A stretch of DNA of 64,000 nucleotides from positions 3,052 through 67,051 of the forward strand of contig CAADSS010000011.1 in NCBI GenBank assembly GCA_900751695.1, in the 5' to 3' direction. The DNA comes from an uncultured Collinsella sp. GTDB taxonomy: Bacteria; Actinomycetota; Coriobacteriia; Coriobacteriales; Coriobacteriaceae. How positions within the stretch are numbered: position 1 is the stretch's first letter; each line of letters opens with the position of its first letter. The notes under the pieces are model-generated. The model was not told the DNA's origin. It was given only the letters and a program-made list of their open reading frames with translations, and did no database searches. This document shows positions 61,379-64,000 of the stretch, in pieces. A program made the translations under genes and the position numbers.

Positions 61379-62080
61379 TTACAGTCCGCGAATCCGTACG
61401 GCCTCAGGCGGAAACTCCTGCTCGCCGGCATCGGTCTTGATGGTCGCGCGACCCCAGATGTCCAGGCCCGCAAACACACCGACCGCAAGCGGCAAGCCGT
61501 TGGGCGACACCGCCGCAACTTGGCGACCGAGCAGCGGCACCATATCGAAGTACTCGCCCAACACGGGGGCCAACGGCCCTGCGGCGCCTTGCGGCGTGTT
61601 GGCAACAACCGCCCAGGCGTCCACGCGGGCCAGCACGGCGGCGGCCAGCGCCTCGACCAGCGCTTCGTCAGCCACATCCACACCGAGCTCGCTCAACGCC
61701 GAACGCTCAATATCCACCGTCACGGCACCGAACATGCCCGCAGCACCGGCGCCGCCGTTCACGGCAACACGCGCGAGCGACGTCTCAAACGCAGGCGCAC
61801 CGCACACGATATCGCTCGGCCACTGGATACCCACCTTACCGGCAAGGCCCAACCCCGGCGTCGAAGCCGTGCCCACGAGCGCGTCCATCATGCCCATCGC
61901 AGCCACAAACGGCAGGCCGTGGAAGGCATGCATGTTCACATCCGGACGCACGACCAGCGAAAACGTCAGCGAGGCATCGCCCGCGCTCCATGCGCACCAG
62001 CCCGCGGACGCACCCTCGCGGCCCGCGTCACGCGCGGCGTCAAGCTCGGTACCGGCGGCAACAGCATTCATCTCGATCAT
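61379..62080 (-). CDS. Biotin-protein-ligase-like protein, degenerate
   Basis: LTFSLVV, IQWPSDI (cf. IKWPND), LLGRQV..G.F.GLD..G C-terminal domain. Confidence 0.65.
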   Translation of the reverse strand: MIEMNAVAAGTELDAARDAGREGASAGWCAWSAGDASLTFSLVVRPDVNMHAFHGLPFVAAMGMMDALVGTASTPGLGLAGKVGIQWPSDIVCGAPAFETSLARVAVNGGAGAAGMFGAVTVDIERSALSELGVDVADEALVEALAAAVLARVDAWAVVANTPQGAAGPLAPVLGEYFDMVPLLGRQVAAVSPNGLPLAVGVFAGLDIWGRATIKTDAGEQEFPPEAVRIRGL

Positions 62081-63823
62081 CTACATACGCCCCAATTCGC
62101 CCACGATATGGCCCACGCGGTCCTCGGGCTCCTTGACCTCGACACCGTTGTAGCGGAAGAACCGCGCCGGGTCGTGCATCAGGTCCTCGAGCGGCACCAG
62201 CACAAAGTCGCGTTCGCCGATCAGCGGATGCGGCAGGCGCAGCTTTTTGCCGCCGTGGGTCTCGCCGTCCATCCACAGCAGGTCCAGGTCGATGGTGCGC
62301 GGGCCGTTGGCCTTGGCCTTTTTGGAGCGGTCGCGCCCCAGCTCAGCCTCGATCTTCATAAGCTCGTCGAGCAGCACCAACGGCGCCAGCTCGGTCTTGA
62401 TCTCGATGACGGCGTTGGCAAACGCGTCCTGGCGCGTCTCGTAGGCAGGCTCGCTCTCGTAAATCTTGGAGGAGTTAGACACGCAGGTGAGTGGAATCTC
62501 GGCGATCATCTCGCGTGCGGCGCGGATGTTGTCGCAGCGATGCCCCAGGTTGGAGCCCACGGCCACAAACGCGCGGCGCGGCTGCGGCTTGGCAACCGCC
62601 CAGTAACCGTTCAGGAACTGCGCAAAACCCGCGGCGTCGTGCACGCGCACGATGTTGGCGCCGGCCTGGATGGCGCCCAGGCACACGCCAAACGTAGCGG
62701 CATCGCGCTCGGCGGCCTCGGTCACGCCCGAGACGGCGCCCACAAAGCGCTTGCGCGACACGGCGCACATGAGCGGATAGCCCAGTGACGCCATCTTGGC
62801 AGTCTCGCGCTGGATGACGATGTCCTCGTTAGCCGACTTACCAAAGCCCGGGCCAGGATCGATGCAGATGCGGTCGCGCGACACGCCGGCATGGATGAGC
62901 GCGCGGGCCTGGTCGGACAGAAAGCCCATGACGCGGCGCATGATGGGCGCCGAATCGGGCAGGGTGAAGCGGCGGAGCTGCGAGGTGGGCACGTAGGCTT
63001 CCTCGCGGCGGGCGCTGCGGCGCATCATGGCGGCCAGGCGGTCATTGGGCTCCGATGCGGCCTCGGTGGCTGCGGACGCGGCCTCGGGCGCGGGCGCAAC
63101 GGTCTCGGCGGCAGTAGCCTGCTCGGCGGCCGGCGTCTCCTGCTCGCTTGAAGGCTCCGGCGCGGGCTCCGGATCGCCAAACGGCAACGAGGGCTGCACC
63201 ACGCCGCCCGGAAGCTTGGCCTCCGGCTTAGGCTCGCCCAGCAACTTGCCACGACGGCGACGGGCCGGCTTCTCGGCCTCGCGCGCGGCCTCGGCAGCCG
63301 CTTCGCGCGCCTTCTCGGCAACAAACGCCGCAGCCGAGGTATCGAGCTGCACCGTCGCGTGCGTGCGGGCGGGTACGGCGACCTCGCCGGCGTGCATCAC
63401 GATGACGCCGCAGGTGCTCGTCTTAACAAACTCGACCATCTTGGGATCGGTGAAGCCGGTCACGTCGTTGACGATCGAGGCGCCGCAGCGCACGGCTGCC
63501 TTGGCAACCGCCACATGACGCGTGTCGATCGAGACGATGGCGCCCTCCTTGGCCAGCGCGCGCACCACGGGCAGCACGCGGCGCGCTTCCTCATCGGGAT
63601 TGACCGGGGTAAAACCAGGGCGCGTGGACTCGCCGCCCACGTCGATGATGTCGGCGCCGGCGTCGAGCATCGCCAGGCCGTACTCGATGGCGGCATCGGG
63701 GTCGAAGTGCTCCCCGCCATCGCTAAACGAATCGGGCGTCACGTTGAGGACGCCCATGATGCGCGGACGGTCAAAGCTGAGCTCGTACTTTCCGCACCGC
63801 CATGTCTTGCTGTCGTTCGCCAT
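62081..63823 (-). CDS. folP: Dihydropteroate synthase - HPPK fusion (FolP-FolK)
   Basis: MGVLNVTPDSFSDGG, GGESTRP, DPGPGFGK, SRK, RVHD, then VGSNLG and GPRTIDLDLL; start 63823 behind aggagg. Confidence 0.92.
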   Translation of the reverse strand: MANDSKTWRCGKYELSFDRPRIMGVLNVTPDSFSDGGEHFDPDAAIEYGLAMLDAGADIIDVGGESTRPGFTPVNPDEEARRVLPVVRALAKEGAIVSIDTRHVAVAKAAVRCGASIVNDVTGFTDPKMVEFVKTSTCGVIVMHAGEVAVPARTHATVQLDTSAAAFVAEKAREAAAEAAREAEKPARRRRGKLLGEPKPEAKLPGGVVQPSLPFGDPEPAPEPSSEQETPAAEQATAAETVAPAPEAASAATEAASEPNDRLAAMMRRSARREEAYVPTSQLRRFTLPDSAPIMRRVMGFLSDQARALIHAGVSRDRICIDPGPGFGKSANEDIVIQRETAKMASLGYPLMCAVSRKRFVGAVSGVTEAAERDAATFGVCLGAIQAGANIVRVHDAAGFAQFLNGYWAVAKPQPRRAFVAVGSNLGHRCDNIRAAREMIAEIPLTCVSNSSKIYESEPAYETRQDAFANAVIEIKTELAPLVLLDELMKIEAELGRDRSKKAKANGPRTIDLDLLWMDGETHGGKKLRLPHPLIGERDFVLVPLEDLMHDPARFFRYNGVEVKEPEDRVGHIVGELGRM

Positions 63824-64000
63824 GAACATCCTCCTAAAATGCCCACGCCGCCGAGCTTGGAGAGCTGGCGGCGGGGTCGCTTTGCACTCAGTCTTTCTAT
63901 TGTATCCGCGCACACGGGCTAGAACGCAAACGCGGCCGCGATGTCGCAAGAAATCAGCAGGTCGGCATTTGCATCCTGATCGGTGGTGGCTAGATTGCAA

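Noticed and set aside
63836..63895. THF or ZTP riboswitch upstream of folP-folK
   Set aside because: Only a GC-rich hairpin; partial resemblance (AGCGACCCC..TGGGCA) but the ZTP 5' core and THF consensus are absent

Overview
High-GC chromosomal window of a gut Coriobacteriia member, most consistent with Collinsella (judged from gene content and codon usage; not confirmed). Gene content from left to right: a partial 7TM sensor-like gene; two GH1 6-phospho-beta-glucosidases; luxS; a LacI/isomerase/split transketolase/FGGY kinase sugar locus; a BglG/LicT-PTS-GH1 unit with three RAT sites; ribokinase and nucleoside hydrolase; an OatA-like acyltransferase; an MgtE-like plus NRAMP-related pair behind a structured leader (candidate Na+ riboswitch); two ABC exporters, one with a NarL-type two-component system; a 2111-aa LPXTG vWA adhesin; an Ech-type hydrogenase operon with fused EchA-EchB; a bilirubin reductase (HGDR motif); initiator tRNA-Met; coaX; a degenerate birA; and a folP-folK fusion. 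The most striking unexplained structure is non-coding. At least four unrelated families of extragenic palindromic repeats occur, including arrays of a 15-bp motif in alternating orientation at 40-41 bp period. Each family brackets a different accessory-looking module as direct repeats: an AAA+/wHTH ATPase, an ABC pair, the adhesin and an AAA_14-DUF4143 ATPase. No transposase, integrase or Cas gene is visible. All family assignments come from motif recognition, not database searches.
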